Shown here piece by piece: positions 9,135-19,200 of a stretch of DNA of 64,000 nt. The position numbers and the translations under genes were made by a program. Each line of letters begins with the position of its first letter. The stretch's first letter is position 1. The notes under the pieces are model-generated. The model saw nothing but the letters and a program-made list of their open reading frames with translations, was not told the DNA's origin and ran no database searches. This DNA comes from a bacterium (lineage in GTDB: Bacteria > UBA8248). Location: the NCBI GenBank assembly GCA_965213625.1, contig CBDBZU010000004.1, positions 2,048,001-2,112,000 of the forward strand. The letters are read 5' to 3'.

Positions 9135-10115
9135 GTGGCCAACATAGCGGAACTGAAAGAGGGCGAGCGGTTCGACGCTTTTTTCAAAATCCGGGAATAC
9201 GAGGCGCGCCAGAGCCGGGCGGGCAAGGAGTATCTCGATCTGACGCTCGAAGACGCGACGGGCGATGTAGCCGCCAAGGTCTGGGAGCCCGCGACGCAGG
9301 TGCAGGGAGCCATCGGGGCGGGCGATTTCATCAAGGTGCGGGCCGCCGCCGAAAACTACCAGGGCCGCCTGCAGCTCCGGGTCGAGCGCGTCCGCCGGGT
9401 GAATGAGCAGGATTACGAGAGCGGCTTCAAGCCCGAGGACTACGTGCAACGAACGCCGTATGACATCGACGTCATGTGGAAGGAGGCGAAGCGCATCGCG
9501 GGCGGCTGCCACCCGCTCGTGGCCGCGTATCTCTCCGCGATATTGAATGAGTATGAGGAAAAATTCCGCGAGTGGCCCGCCGCCCAGCGCATTCATCATC
9601 CTTATCTCGGCGGCCTGCTTGAGCACACCCTGTCGGTCACGAAAACGTGCCTTTATCTGGCGGATAAATACGACGTATCGAAAGACCTGCTCGTCGCGGG
9701 CGCGCTCTTGCACGACATCGGTAAGCTCGAGGAACTCTCCACCGAGGGCGCGACGCACTACACCGCCGCCGGCCGCCTCCTCGGCCACATCGTGCTGGGG
9801 CGCGACATCGCCCGCGAGTGGGCGGGGCGAGAGGGCGTATTCGCAGAGGGGGAGGCGCTGCCCGGGGATTTCCTGCTGCATCTCGAGCACCTCATCCTCT
9901 CGCACCAGGGCCAGCCCGATTGGGGAACGGTGAAGGTGCCCATGTCGGCGGAGGCGCTCCTGCTCCACTATGCGGACGACATCGACGCGAAGTTCAACCT
10001 CTTGAAGCGCGCGGTGGAAGAAGACAAGGGGGATGAGGATTTCACGGCCAGAAACCACACCATGGCGCGCGTCTTCTACAAGGGCGGCCCGCAGCTCCCG
10101 CCGGAGAATGCTTGA
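9135..10115 (+). CDS. 3'-5' exoribonuclease YhaM family (OB fold + HD domain)
   Basis: YLDLTLEDATG OB fold; WPAAQRIHH..GGLLEHT, LLHDIGK and GRLLGHI. Confidence 0.88.
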   Translation: MANIAELKEGERFDAFFKIREYEARQSRAGKEYLDLTLEDATGDVAAKVWEPATQVQGAIGAGDFIKVRAAAENYQGRLQLRVERVRRVNEQDYESGFKPEDYVQRTPYDIDVMWKEAKRIAGGCHPLVAAYLSAILNEYEEKFREWPAAQRIHHPYLGGLLEHTLSVTKTCLYLADKYDVSKDLLVAGALLHDIGKLEELSTEGATHYTAAGRLLGHIVLGRDIAREWAGREGVFAEGEALPGDFLLHLEHLILSHQGQPDWGTVKVPMSAEALLLHYADDIDAKFNLLKRAVEEDKGDEDFTARNHTMARVFYKGGPQLPPENA

Positions 10116-10198
10116 TATGTTTGAGTCTCAGGCGAATCTCGTCTCCTGCATACACCCCGACGCGGCTCGTCCCGGTCCACTGCTGGAGAAACCGGAAT

Positions 10199-11089
10199 AT
10201 GCCTGACCATATGAAAATCATGAACGAGAAGACGGGGCGCATCGTCATGCTGGCGGTGGACCACGGCTATTTCCAGGGCCCCACTTCGGGCTTGGAAGAG
10301 CCTGCAAAGACTATGAAGCCCCTGCTGCCCTGGTGCGACGCGATGAGTCCCACGAAGGGCGTCTTCCTTCGCTGCATGCCGCTGGAGAACAAGACGCCGG
10401 TTATCTTGAGGGCCTCGGGCGGAAACGCCATCGTCTATTCAGACCCCGTGGAACTGGAGCGCGAGCTCAGTATCCGGTCGGCGGGCCTTGCGGATGAGGC
10501 GGCGCGCGAGGCGATGCGGGAGCAAATCGCCGATGAGGTCACGAACCGCGAACTCTCGAACGAGTCCATCACCGTCTCGGCAGCGGAGGCGTCGCGCCTG
10601 GGTGTTGCGGGCGTTTCGGTTTCGGTCTACGTCGGCGCGCGCTACCAGAAGGAATCCATCCTGAACCTGGCGCGCATGAGCGACGAGGGCCGCCGGGAGG
10701 GCTTGATCGTCTTGGGCATCACTGCGGTGGGCAAGGAGATGACGCGCGACGCCCGCTACCTCGGGCTGGCCACGCGCATTGCGGCCGAACACGGAGCGGA
10801 CGTCGTGAAGACATACTATTGCGAGGGCTTCGAGCGCGTGGTGCGCGGTTGTTTCGCGCCCATCGTCATCGCGGGCGGCAAGAAGGTGCCCGAGCGCGAG
10901 GCGCTCGCGTTCTGCCGCCGGGCCATCGATGAGGGCGCCGTAGGCGTGGACATGGGCCGGAACATCTTCCAGAGCGCGCACCCGGTCGCCATGATCCGGG
11001 CGGTTCGCGCCGTCGTGCATGACGATTTAAGTCCCGACGCGGCGTATGAGATGTTCGAGGATCTGAGCGCAATCTCCCTCACGGATTAA
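10199..11089 (+). CDS. lsrF: LsrF-like thiolase / class I aldolase (DeoC/FbaB family)
   Basis: MLAVDHGYFQGPTSGLE, VVKTYY, IVIAGGKKVPEREAL and GVDMGRNIFQS closely follow E. coli LsrF as I recall it. Confidence 0.85.
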   Translation: MPDHMKIMNEKTGRIVMLAVDHGYFQGPTSGLEEPAKTMKPLLPWCDAMSPTKGVFLRCMPLENKTPVILRASGGNAIVYSDPVELERELSIRSAGLADEAAREAMREQIADEVTNRELSNESITVSAAEASRLGVAGVSVSVYVGARYQKESILNLARMSDEGRREGLIVLGITAVGKEMTRDARYLGLATRIAAEHGADVVKTYYCEGFERVVRGCFAPIVIAGGKKVPEREALAFCRRAIDEGAVGVDMGRNIFQSAHPVAMIRAVRAVVHDDLSPDAAYEMFEDLSAISLTD

Positions 11090-11118
11090 AGCCTGCGCGT
11101 AACCCGGGAAGTATCAAA

Positions 11119-12147
11119 ATGCCGGAAACCATGCGAGCTGCCGTTTATTACCGAAACGACGACGTGCGGGTTGAGGAGGTGGAGAAACCCCGCGCCGGAG
11201 CGGGCGAGCTTTTGGTCGAGACGCGCGCGAGCGGCATCTGCGGCAGCGACGTCATGGAGTGGTACCGGGTGGGGACCGCGCCGCGCATACTGGGCCATGA
11301 GGTGACGGGCGTCGTCACAGAAGCAGGCGAGGGAGTGGAGGGCTTCCGCGTGGGCGATCGCGTCTCCGTCACCCATCACGTGCCGTGCAACCGCTGCGCG
11401 CTGTGCCTGCGCGGAGACCACACCGCCTGCGCGACGCTAAAACGCACGAATTTCGACCCGGGCGGTTTCGCCGAGTTCATCCGTCTGCCCGCCATCAACG
11501 TGGAGCGGGGGACGTTCCGCCTGCCCGATGAGGTGTCCGACGACGCTGGCGTGTTCATTGAACCCTTGGGCTGCGTCCTGCGCGGCTGGCGGCGCTTCCG
11601 GATGACGCCGGGCTTGAGCGTCCTCGTGGTGGGAAGCGGGATGTCGGGCCTGCTGCACGTGCAGGCGGCGCGCCTCCTGGGGGCGGGAGCCGTTTTTGCG
11701 ACGGACGTGCATCCCTGGCGCCTGAAAGCCGCCGAACGCTTCGGCGCGCGCGCGCTGCCATCTTGTGAAGATATGGCGGAGGCGCTTCGGGAGGCGAACG
11801 AGGGTTGTCTGGCGGATCGCGTCGTTTTGTGCGCCGGCGCGCCCGAGGCCTTGGAGACGGCTCTCGCATGTGTGGCGACTTGCGGCGTCCTGCAGCTTTT
11901 CGCTCCCACGTCGCCCGGTTATCGCCCCGCGATGGATCTCAACCGGATATGGAGCGAGCAGATCGCCGTCACCACCACCTACGGCGCGGCCCCGCTAGAC
12001 CTCGAAGAAGCGCTCGCGCTCATCCGCGCCGGACGCATCGGGGCCGAGGAGATGATCACCCACAGGCTCCCGCTCGCACAGGCGCAGGAGGGCTTCCGCC
12101 TCGTCGCCCGGGCGGGCGAATCCCTGAAGGTGGTGCTGCGGCCTTAA
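11119..12147 (+). CDS. Zinc-dependent alcohol/polyol dehydrogenase (MDR family)
   Basis: GICGSD, GHE, CxxCxxC...C structural Zn site, GSGMSG. Confidence 0.9.
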   Translation: MPETMRAAVYYRNDDVRVEEVEKPRAGAGELLVETRASGICGSDVMEWYRVGTAPRILGHEVTGVVTEAGEGVEGFRVGDRVSVTHHVPCNRCALCLRGDHTACATLKRTNFDPGGFAEFIRLPAINVERGTFRLPDEVSDDAGVFIEPLGCVLRGWRRFRMTPGLSVLVVGSGMSGLLHVQAARLLGAGAVFATDVHPWRLKAAERFGARALPSCEDMAEALREANEGCLADRVVLCAGAPEALETALACVATCGVLQLFAPTSPGYRPAMDLNRIWSEQIAVTTTYGAAPLDLEEALALIRAGRIGAEEMITHRLPLAQAQEGFRLVARAGESLKVVLRP

Positions 12148-12276
12148 TCCGCACGGGAAGCCGAATATTGCGGTAGAGCGCGAAAGGGGGTAGTGTTTTA
12201 TAAGGGTTTGCGGGCCATGGAACGCGAGGCCATGGAGTTCCGCAGGGAAAAACTAGGGACCCGAGAGGAAGCGGAA

Positions 12277-12492
12277 ATGACGACTTTTCAAACAGCGACA
12301 CTCGGGTTCTACGCCATACAGTCCCTCATCGGTCTCGCGCAGTGCCTGCTCATCTGGATGGGCCTTAGGCAGATGAGCCGCTCCTCGGAATCGAGAGAAA
12401 GAGAGAGCTCAAGGCGGCATGAGGAGGTCATGAAAAATCACGAGGAGTCCATGACCGCGCTCAAGGCGCTCATCGAGCGAACGGCGAAATAA
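12277..12492 (+). CDS. Small hypothetical membrane protein
   Basis: One TM segment followed by a charged helix; RBS GAGGA; followed by a terminator-like hairpin. Confidence 0.55.
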   Translation: MTTFQTATLGFYAIQSLIGLAQCLLIWMGLRQMSRSSESRERESSRRHEEVMKNHEESMTALKALIERTAK

Positions 12493-12517
12493 CCTCCGTT
12501 TCTTACTGCCCACACCG

Positions 12518-12547
12518 CCCCCGTCCTCCGGGTCAGGGGCTTTTTTG
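12518..12547 (+). terminator. Putative intrinsic terminator
   Basis: GCCCC...GGGGC followed by TTTTTT. Confidence 0.45.
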
Positions 12548-12562
12548 TTGGGCGAACCTCCG

Positions 12563-15067
12563 CTACTCATCCACGGGGTGGTAGGTCAGTTCGTCATCGG
12601 ATGAGGCGTTCTCGCCGCCCTCGGTCGCTTCATCCTCATAGAGGGAATCGGGCGGGGCGTCTTCGGTGAATTGCGCCTCATCCGCCTCGCTATCTTGCAA
12701 CTCTTCGGCCTCCTGCGGGACAGGGGCGGGTTGCCGGAGGAGCGGGGCGAGTTTCGCCTCGCGGCGGATTCTCTCGGGCAGACCGCTCCAGCGCCTCCTC
12801 ACGCGCGCGTTGCCTATCGCGATGCCGAGCGCCTTTTTCGAGCCGACGAACACCGCCAGCCGCTTCGCTCGCGTGAGCGCGGTGTAAACGAGGTTTCTCT
12901 GCAGCATCGGGTAGTGCTGGGTGTGGAGCGGGATGACCACGGCGGGGTATTCACTGCCCTGGCTCTTGTGCACGGTGATGGCGTAGGCGTGCATCACCTC
13001 ATCGAGCGCGCCGCGCGTGTATTCGACGACGTTCGAATCGAAGGCCACGCGAACGCTTCCCTCCTCGGGCGAGACGCTCCTGACGACGCCGATGTCGCCG
13101 TTGAACACGTCCTTATCGTAGTTGTTGCGCACCTGGATGAGTTTGTCCCCGGTGCGGAATATGCGGCCTCCGCTCTGGAGCGCGGGCGCGCCTCCTGCGG
13201 GGTTGAGCGCTTCTTGTAGGCGCGCGTTCAGGCTCTGCACGCCGAGCACGCCGCGCTGCATGGGGGAGATGACCTGGAGGTCGGTGATGGCGTCGACCCC
13301 GAATCGCTCGGGAATGCGCTCGCGGCACAGTTCGATGATGAGGTCCGCGCAGCGCTCCGCCTCGCTCTCCTCGATGAAGTAGTAATCGAGCGGCGCGTCT
13401 TCCTTCTCCCCCTTGCCGTTTCGGGGCATCTCGCCGCGGTTCACGCGGTGGGCGTTTTCGACGATCAGGCTCTCCTGCGCCTGGCGGAAGACCTCGGTGA
13501 GCCGCACGACGGGCAGGGTCTCCGAGGTGATGACGTCGTTCAATATGTTGCCCGGCCCGACTGAGGGAAGCTGGTCCACGTCGCCCACCAGAACGAGCGT
13601 CGCCTGGTCGGGCGCCGCGCGCAGCAGATGCGCCGTGAGGTGCACGTCGAGCATTGAGGCTTCATCGATGATCACGATGTCACCGGTGAGCGGGTTTTCC
13701 GCGTCGCGGGTGAAGCCGCCCGAATGCCAGCTGTATTCGAGCAATCTATGGATGGTGGACGCCTCGTGGCCGGTGACTTCAGAAAGACGCTTCGCCGCCC
13801 GGCCCGTGGGCGCGCCGAGGATGACCTGGAGCCCCAGCTTCGTATAGAGGTTCGTGACGGCGCTCACGATGGTCGTCTTGCCGGTTCCGGGACCGCCCGT
13901 GACGATGAGCACTTTCTGTGTGAGCGCGCCCTCGATGGCTGCGCCCTGATCGCCGGTCGCCTTGCCGCCCTCGAGCGCCCGCCGGGCGAGGTGGCCCAGG
14001 CGCTCTTTCGTCGTGGCGCCGGGCGCCCCCTGTCCCCGCATGGCGGCCTCGAGACGCGCCTCGTCGCGCGGCGTGCGGATGAGCGCGGCGAGGCGGCGGG
14101 CGACTTCGCATTCCGCGGCGTACAGCGGGCGCGCATAGACGCGCTTGCCCTCGGGCGAAGCCATATTCTCGACCATGTTCGCCGATTCGATCACCAGGGA
14201 GCCGCCCTGGCCCAGATTTTCGAGGACGGGGGTCAAGGCTTCGGCTTCCGTCTCGAGCATTTCAGCGGCGGTCTCGACCAGATCGCCATAGGGCAGAAAA
14301 CAATGGCCCTCGCGCTCGGCGAGCTGGTCCAGCACGTAGACGGCTCCCGCAGCGAGGCGTTTTGGGGAGTCCACGGGAATGCCGAGTTTCTGCGCGATGC
14401 GGTCCGCGCTCTTGAAGCCCACGCCGTGAATCTCCGCCGCCAGCCGAAATGGGTCTTCGCGCAGTATCCGTATGGACGCCTCGCCGTAGGTTCTCAAGAT
14501 TTTTTCCGACAGATGGAGCGGGACGTCGTATTGCCGCAGGAAGAGCATGATTTCCTTGACTTCGCTCTGGCTTTTCCAGCTCTCTATAATTGCTTCCAGC
14601 TTCTTTGCGCCCAGACCGGCGACTTCCGTGAGGCGCTCCGGGTGGCTGTCCAGAATATCGAGGGATTTCTCCCCGAAACGCGCCACGATTCTCTTGGCGA
14701 GTGCGGGGCCGATGTTCTTAACGATGCCTGAGGCCAGGTACTTTTCGATTCCCTCGATCGTCGTAGGCTCCAAAGGACGGGCGAGATCGGCGTGGAACTG
14801 GCGGCCGAACCTGGGGTGGTCCTTCCAGCCGCCCTCGAAGCGCACACGCTCGCCCTCGCGGATGGAAGAGAGGTATCCCACCACGGCCACGCGCGGGAAA
14901 TCCTCGTTGTCCGGCTGGACGAGCAGGACGGTGTAGCCGGTGTCCTCTGCGCGGAACCGTATGCGTTCCACCGCGCCGGTCAGTTCGGTGCCGTCTTCCG
15001 GGAAAAGGCCCGCCTGTGGAGGAGGGGTTCCTCTTCTGGGGCGCGTAGATCGGGGCTTTCGCGTCAT
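12563..15067 (-). CDS. recD2: ATP-dependent RecD-like DNA helicase RecD2 (SF1B)
   Basis: N-terminal OB/HhH region, TGGPGTGKTT, IIDEASM, GDVDQLPSVG, AYAITVHKSQGSE, YTALTRAK; acidic C-terminal tail. Confidence 0.93.
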   Translation of the reverse strand: MTRKPRSTRPRRGTPPPQAGLFPEDGTELTGAVERIRFRAEDTGYTVLLVQPDNEDFPRVAVVGYLSSIREGERVRFEGGWKDHPRFGRQFHADLARPLEPTTIEGIEKYLASGIVKNIGPALAKRIVARFGEKSLDILDSHPERLTEVAGLGAKKLEAIIESWKSQSEVKEIMLFLRQYDVPLHLSEKILRTYGEASIRILREDPFRLAAEIHGVGFKSADRIAQKLGIPVDSPKRLAAGAVYVLDQLAEREGHCFLPYGDLVETAAEMLETEAEALTPVLENLGQGGSLVIESANMVENMASPEGKRVYARPLYAAECEVARRLAALIRTPRDEARLEAAMRGQGAPGATTKERLGHLARRALEGGKATGDQGAAIEGALTQKVLIVTGGPGTGKTTIVSAVTNLYTKLGLQVILGAPTGRAAKRLSEVTGHEASTIHRLLEYSWHSGGFTRDAENPLTGDIVIIDEASMLDVHLTAHLLRAAPDQATLVLVGDVDQLPSVGPGNILNDVITSETLPVVRLTEVFRQAQESLIVENAHRVNRGEMPRNGKGEKEDAPLDYYFIEESEAERCADLIIELCRERIPERFGVDAITDLQVISPMQRGVLGVQSLNARLQEALNPAGGAPALQSGGRIFRTGDKLIQVRNNYDKDVFNGDIGVVRSVSPEEGSVRVAFDSNVVEYTRGALDEVMHAYAITVHKSQGSEYPAVVIPLHTQHYPMLQRNLVYTALTRAKRLAVFVGSKKALGIAIGNARVRRRWSGLPERIRREAKLAPLLRQPAPVPQEAEELQDSEADEAQFTEDAPPDSLYEDEATEGGENASSDDELTYHPVDE

Positions 15068-15147
15068 GGGTCGATCCTGGTCGCATCCGGGCGAGCGGGG
15101 CGGTACTTCACATGGTGCGCGTGTCCTGGGTGGGGGCGAGAGTCGAA

Positions 15148-15951
15148 CTAGTCCTCACTCCTCCCGGAATTTTTCGCTTCATTCCAAAGTGTTTCCAACT
15201 CTTCGAGCGATACGTCCTCGGGCGAGAGTCCCCGGGCGCGCAGCGCTTGTTCGATATAGTGAAAACGCGCGGTGAATCGTCCGATGCAGGCGCGGGCCGC
15301 CCCTTCGGCGTTCACCCCGAGTTTTCGGGAGAGGTTCACGGCGGCGAAGAGAAAATCGCCCATCTCCTCCTCAAGCGCCTCGCGGTCTTCTTTTTGCATC
15401 GCCTCTTTGAGTTCCGCCCATTCTTCTTCCACCTTCTCCGCTGCACCGGCCGCTTCCGGCCAGTCGAAGCCCACGCGCGAGGCCTTCCCCTGAAGCCTCT
15501 GTGCGCGCTGGAGCGCGGGCATGGCGGTGGGTACGCCGTCGAGAATGGAGGCCGAACCGTTATCGTCACCGGCGCGGGCCTTTCTCTTGCTGATTTCCCA
15601 GTTCCTGAGCACCTCGCCGCTGGTCTCGGCAAGGGTGTCCTCGAACACGTGGGGGTGGCGGTCGATCATCTTCTGCGCGAGGGCGCGGGCGGTCTCCTGG
15701 GCGTCGAAGAGACCCTTCTCCTCGGCGAGCCGGCAGTGGAAGAGCACCTGAAGCAGGAGGTCGCCCAACTCTTCCTTGAGCATCGCGGGGTCGCCCGCCT
15801 CGATGGCCTCCATCACCTCGTAGGCCTCCTCGATGAGGTAGGGCTTGAGACTCTGGTGGTCCTGCTCCTTATCCCAGGGGCAGCCGTCCGGCGCTCTGAG
15901 GCGGGCCATGACCTCCACCGCACGCTCGAAACCGTTTTTATTCTCACTCAA
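15148..15951 (-). CDS. mazG: Nucleoside triphosphate pyrophosphohydrolase MazG
   Basis: LRAPDGCPWDKEQ, EEAYEV, EELGDLLLQVLFH, RHPHVF, GFDW. TTG start inferred. Confidence 0.93.
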   Translation of the reverse strand: MSENKNGFERAVEVMARLRAPDGCPWDKEQDHQSLKPYLIEEAYEVMEAIEAGDPAMLKEELGDLLLQVLFHCRLAEEKGLFDAQETARALAQKMIDRHPHVFEDTLAETSGEVLRNWEISKRKARAGDDNGSASILDGVPTAMPALQRAQRLQGKASRVGFDWPEAAGAAEKVEEEWAELKEAMQKEDREALEEEMGDFLFAAVNLSRKLGVNAEGAARACIGRFTARFHYIEQALRARGLSPEDVSLEELETLWNEAKNSGRSED

Positions 15952-16118
15952 GGTTTTGGCCTCACGATTGGGGATTCGCGACGTCCGCAGTATATGCGCA
16001 ACGGCCAGGGACAGGCAATAAGGCTTTCGTGGGGTCACATCGCATGATATGGGAGAATCACGCACCTACGAGCCCAATATGTCGTGATGAAATGAGCGTT
16101 TCGCAGTCCGACAGTTTT

Positions 16119-16195
16119 GTAGGGACAGGTCGCGACCTGTCCCACGGGGTACGCGATGGTTTTGTAATGGCGGAACAAATAGATCCCGCCCCTAC
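16119..16195. repeat. GTAG-family REP/REPIN, second copy
   Basis: GTAGGGACAGGTCGCGACCTGTCCC ... CCCGCCCCTAC; shares the palindrome at 8866-8912. Confidence 0.7.
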
Positions 16196-16214
16196 GACAC
16201 AGGAAGGGATTGCT

Positions 16215-19200
16215 CTACCAGCGTACGGAGCCAAGCAGAGCGATGCCGTGGGAGGGTTTCCCGCCTACTCGCTCGCGGCGGTCTCCCTCGAGTCTCAGGC
16301 TCACGCGGTCGTCGACTTGCAGACGCCCGCCCACGCGATAGGTCTGGCTTCCTATGTCCGAGAGGGCAAGGCCGGCGTAGGGTTTGAAGTGGCCGCCACG
16401 GGGCGTTTCCATCCCGTAGCCCACTTCGGCTTCAAGTTGCGCGCTTGCGGTTCCTTCGCCCAGACCTGCCACGGAGGCCTGCGACCACAGACGCTCCGCC
16501 CCGCTTGCGGCGTCGCCCCAGGTGGAACCCACCTGCACGGAGAGGCCCTTTTTCGTAGTACCCCAGATGAGATGAACGGAACCTGACACGCCCATTTCGC
16601 TGAATCTGCTCTCCTCGTGCAGCAGTAAACCGCGCGCGTTCACATCGATCACCATGTCCATTGATGGGTCGAAGAATCGGAAGCCGCCGCCCAGTTCGAT
16701 ACCTCCTCCTTCTTCCGCATCGCCCTTGTCATAGCGAACGCCAATCACCAGCGAGGGCGTGATCGATGCCCCCTGGCCTATTTTGTATTCACGTGAACCC
16801 TCAAGAAGCAGACGGAAGCGGTTCGTGTTCGTATCCACCGGGAGCAGTTTGTCGCGTACCTCGTCTGCCTCAATCTCGACCACCATGACGTCGCCCTTCA
16901 CCGCGAGGTCATAGTCAATCTGGCGCGTCGGCGGGAAGAGTGCGCTGCGGAAGCCGAACGCCCCCATCCGCATCGAGATGTCGGTCTCGATTTTCTCGCC
17001 GCCGCCTTGTTCGGTCTGCACATACTCACCGTTCCCGAATCCGAACATGCTCCAGATCGTAAGGTGCTCGCTCACCGTGTAGCGAATGTAGGGATAGGCG
17101 CTGTTGAGGCGGGCCTCCACGTCGTTGTGCTGTCCGTCAATCGAGAAGTATCCCTCGCCCAGTGTGTGTGTGAGTGCAACGCCCACCATGGTGCGGCCCC
17201 ACTCGAAATCGGCCCCGAGCGTGCCTGTGGTCACGTCTCCCTTGAAAGTGGAACTGTTTTCATCTCCAAAGAAACTCGTCCTCGCGCCTCGGCCCCAGGC
17301 CGTCCATAGCCCGCCCTGGCTATTTTCCGTATTCTGCGCCGATGTGAGATGGAACGAACTCGCCATCAATAGATCGCTCATTGACATCTCGCGGTACTCG
17401 GTTGCGGAGCCGTCTCCAGCAAGACCGCCGAAGCCCAGGGTGCGGCTTGCGAGACGGGCAGTGGTAGCAAGTTCCGGGTCTTCCTGAGCGAGTGGAAGCG
17501 GAGAATCGCTGTTGAAGAAGTCCACGTACTGTCCGGCGAGCGTCATATTCGACGACTGCCTCATGGAAGGCGCTTTCAGCCGACTCTCGATCGTCTCCAC
17601 CGCCTGACTCGCCACCGTGCGCCCGAAGCGCGTAAGCCAATCATTCATCCCTTCAGATGTGTCTTTTACGTTATCTGCCTCTGTGGTCGCGCTTACAACG
17701 TCCGACCACGTGCTATGGCCTTGCGAGTTGTGCGCCCGGATGCGGTAGTGTTTCGTCGTTCCAGCGGAAAGTTCTGCGTGGGAATACGAGGTGGACGAAG
17801 CGGAAATCTGCCCGCCCAGCCCGTTCCAGCCCGATTTGCCGTTGTCGGAAACTTCCAGTTCATAGCGGGTGATGGCCGCGCCGTTATCCAGTGGTGCCGC
17901 CCAGGCAAGGTCTATCCGCGTCTGGCCGTTCGCCGTCGCGCTCAATACGGGCTTATCTGGTACGGTCGAAGTTTTGACCTCATTGCCATTGCCGCCGCCG
18001 CTATTTTCACCGTTCCCACCATTACCGCCGTTGCCACCATTACCGCCGTTGCCACCATTGCCGCCGTTGCCAACATTTCCGTCGTCGTTCCTGCCGGGGT
18101 TGATGTTCCCCCTGTTGTTGGCGCTTTGCGTGGTTGCGTTTTTGGGATTCGACCACTCGCCGGGGCCTACGGAGTTGTGCGCCCTTATCTGGTAGTACTT
18201 CCTCGTCCCTGGTGAAAGGTCAGTATGATTGTACGATCTGTCTGTAGAGGGCAGGCTGCTGTTTAGTGGCGCCCAGGAGTTGCCGTCATCGGATACTTCG
18301 AGTTCGTAGCTGGTGATGGCCATGCCGTTATTCGCTGGTTCATCCCAGGAGAGGTCGATTTTCGTCTGGCCGTTCGCCGTGGCGCGGAGCACCGGCGCGT
18401 CCGGCACGCCCACGAGGGTGGTTGCATTCTTGGGGTCGGACCATTCGCTGGGGCCTTGCGAGTTGCGCGCCAGGATGCGGTAGTACTTTTGGGTTCCGGG
18501 CGAAAGATTGGAGTGAGTGTACGATCTGGCCGTAGAGCTGATGCTGGTCGCGAGGTTCGTCCAACCGCTGTTGCCGTCGTCGGATACCTGGAGTTCATAG
18601 CGTGAGATGGACGCGCCGTTATCTTCAGGTTCATCCCAGGAGAGGTCGATTTTCGTCTGGCCGTTCGCCGTGGCAGTCAACACGGGTTTGGCCGGCACGT
18701 CCGCTTGCGTGGTCGCGTTCTTGGGATCCGACCACGGGCCGGGGCCTTTTGAGTTGCGTGCCCGTACCTGGTAGTACTTTCTCGTCCCGGGCGAAAGACC
18801 GGTATCATTGTATGTTCTGGGCGATGTGGCCAGGTTGGCGTTGAGATTCATCCAATCGTTGCCGTCGTCGGATTCTTGGAGTTCGTAGCGTGAGATGGAC
18901 GCGCCGTTATCCGCTGGTTCACTCCAGGAGAGGTCGATCTGCGTCTTACCGTTCGCCGTCGCGCTCAACACCGGCTTGCCCGGCACGCCCACGAGGGTGG
19001 TTGCATCCTTGGGGTCGGACCATTCGCTGGGGCCTTGGGAGTTGCGCGCCAGGATGCGGTAATACTTTTGGGTCCCGGGCGAAAGATTGGAGTGAGTGTA
19101 CGATCTGGCCGAAGAGCTGATGCTGGTCGCTAGGTTCGTCCAACCGCTGTTGCCGTCGTCGGATACCTGGATTTCGTAGCGGGAGATGGACGCGCCGTTA

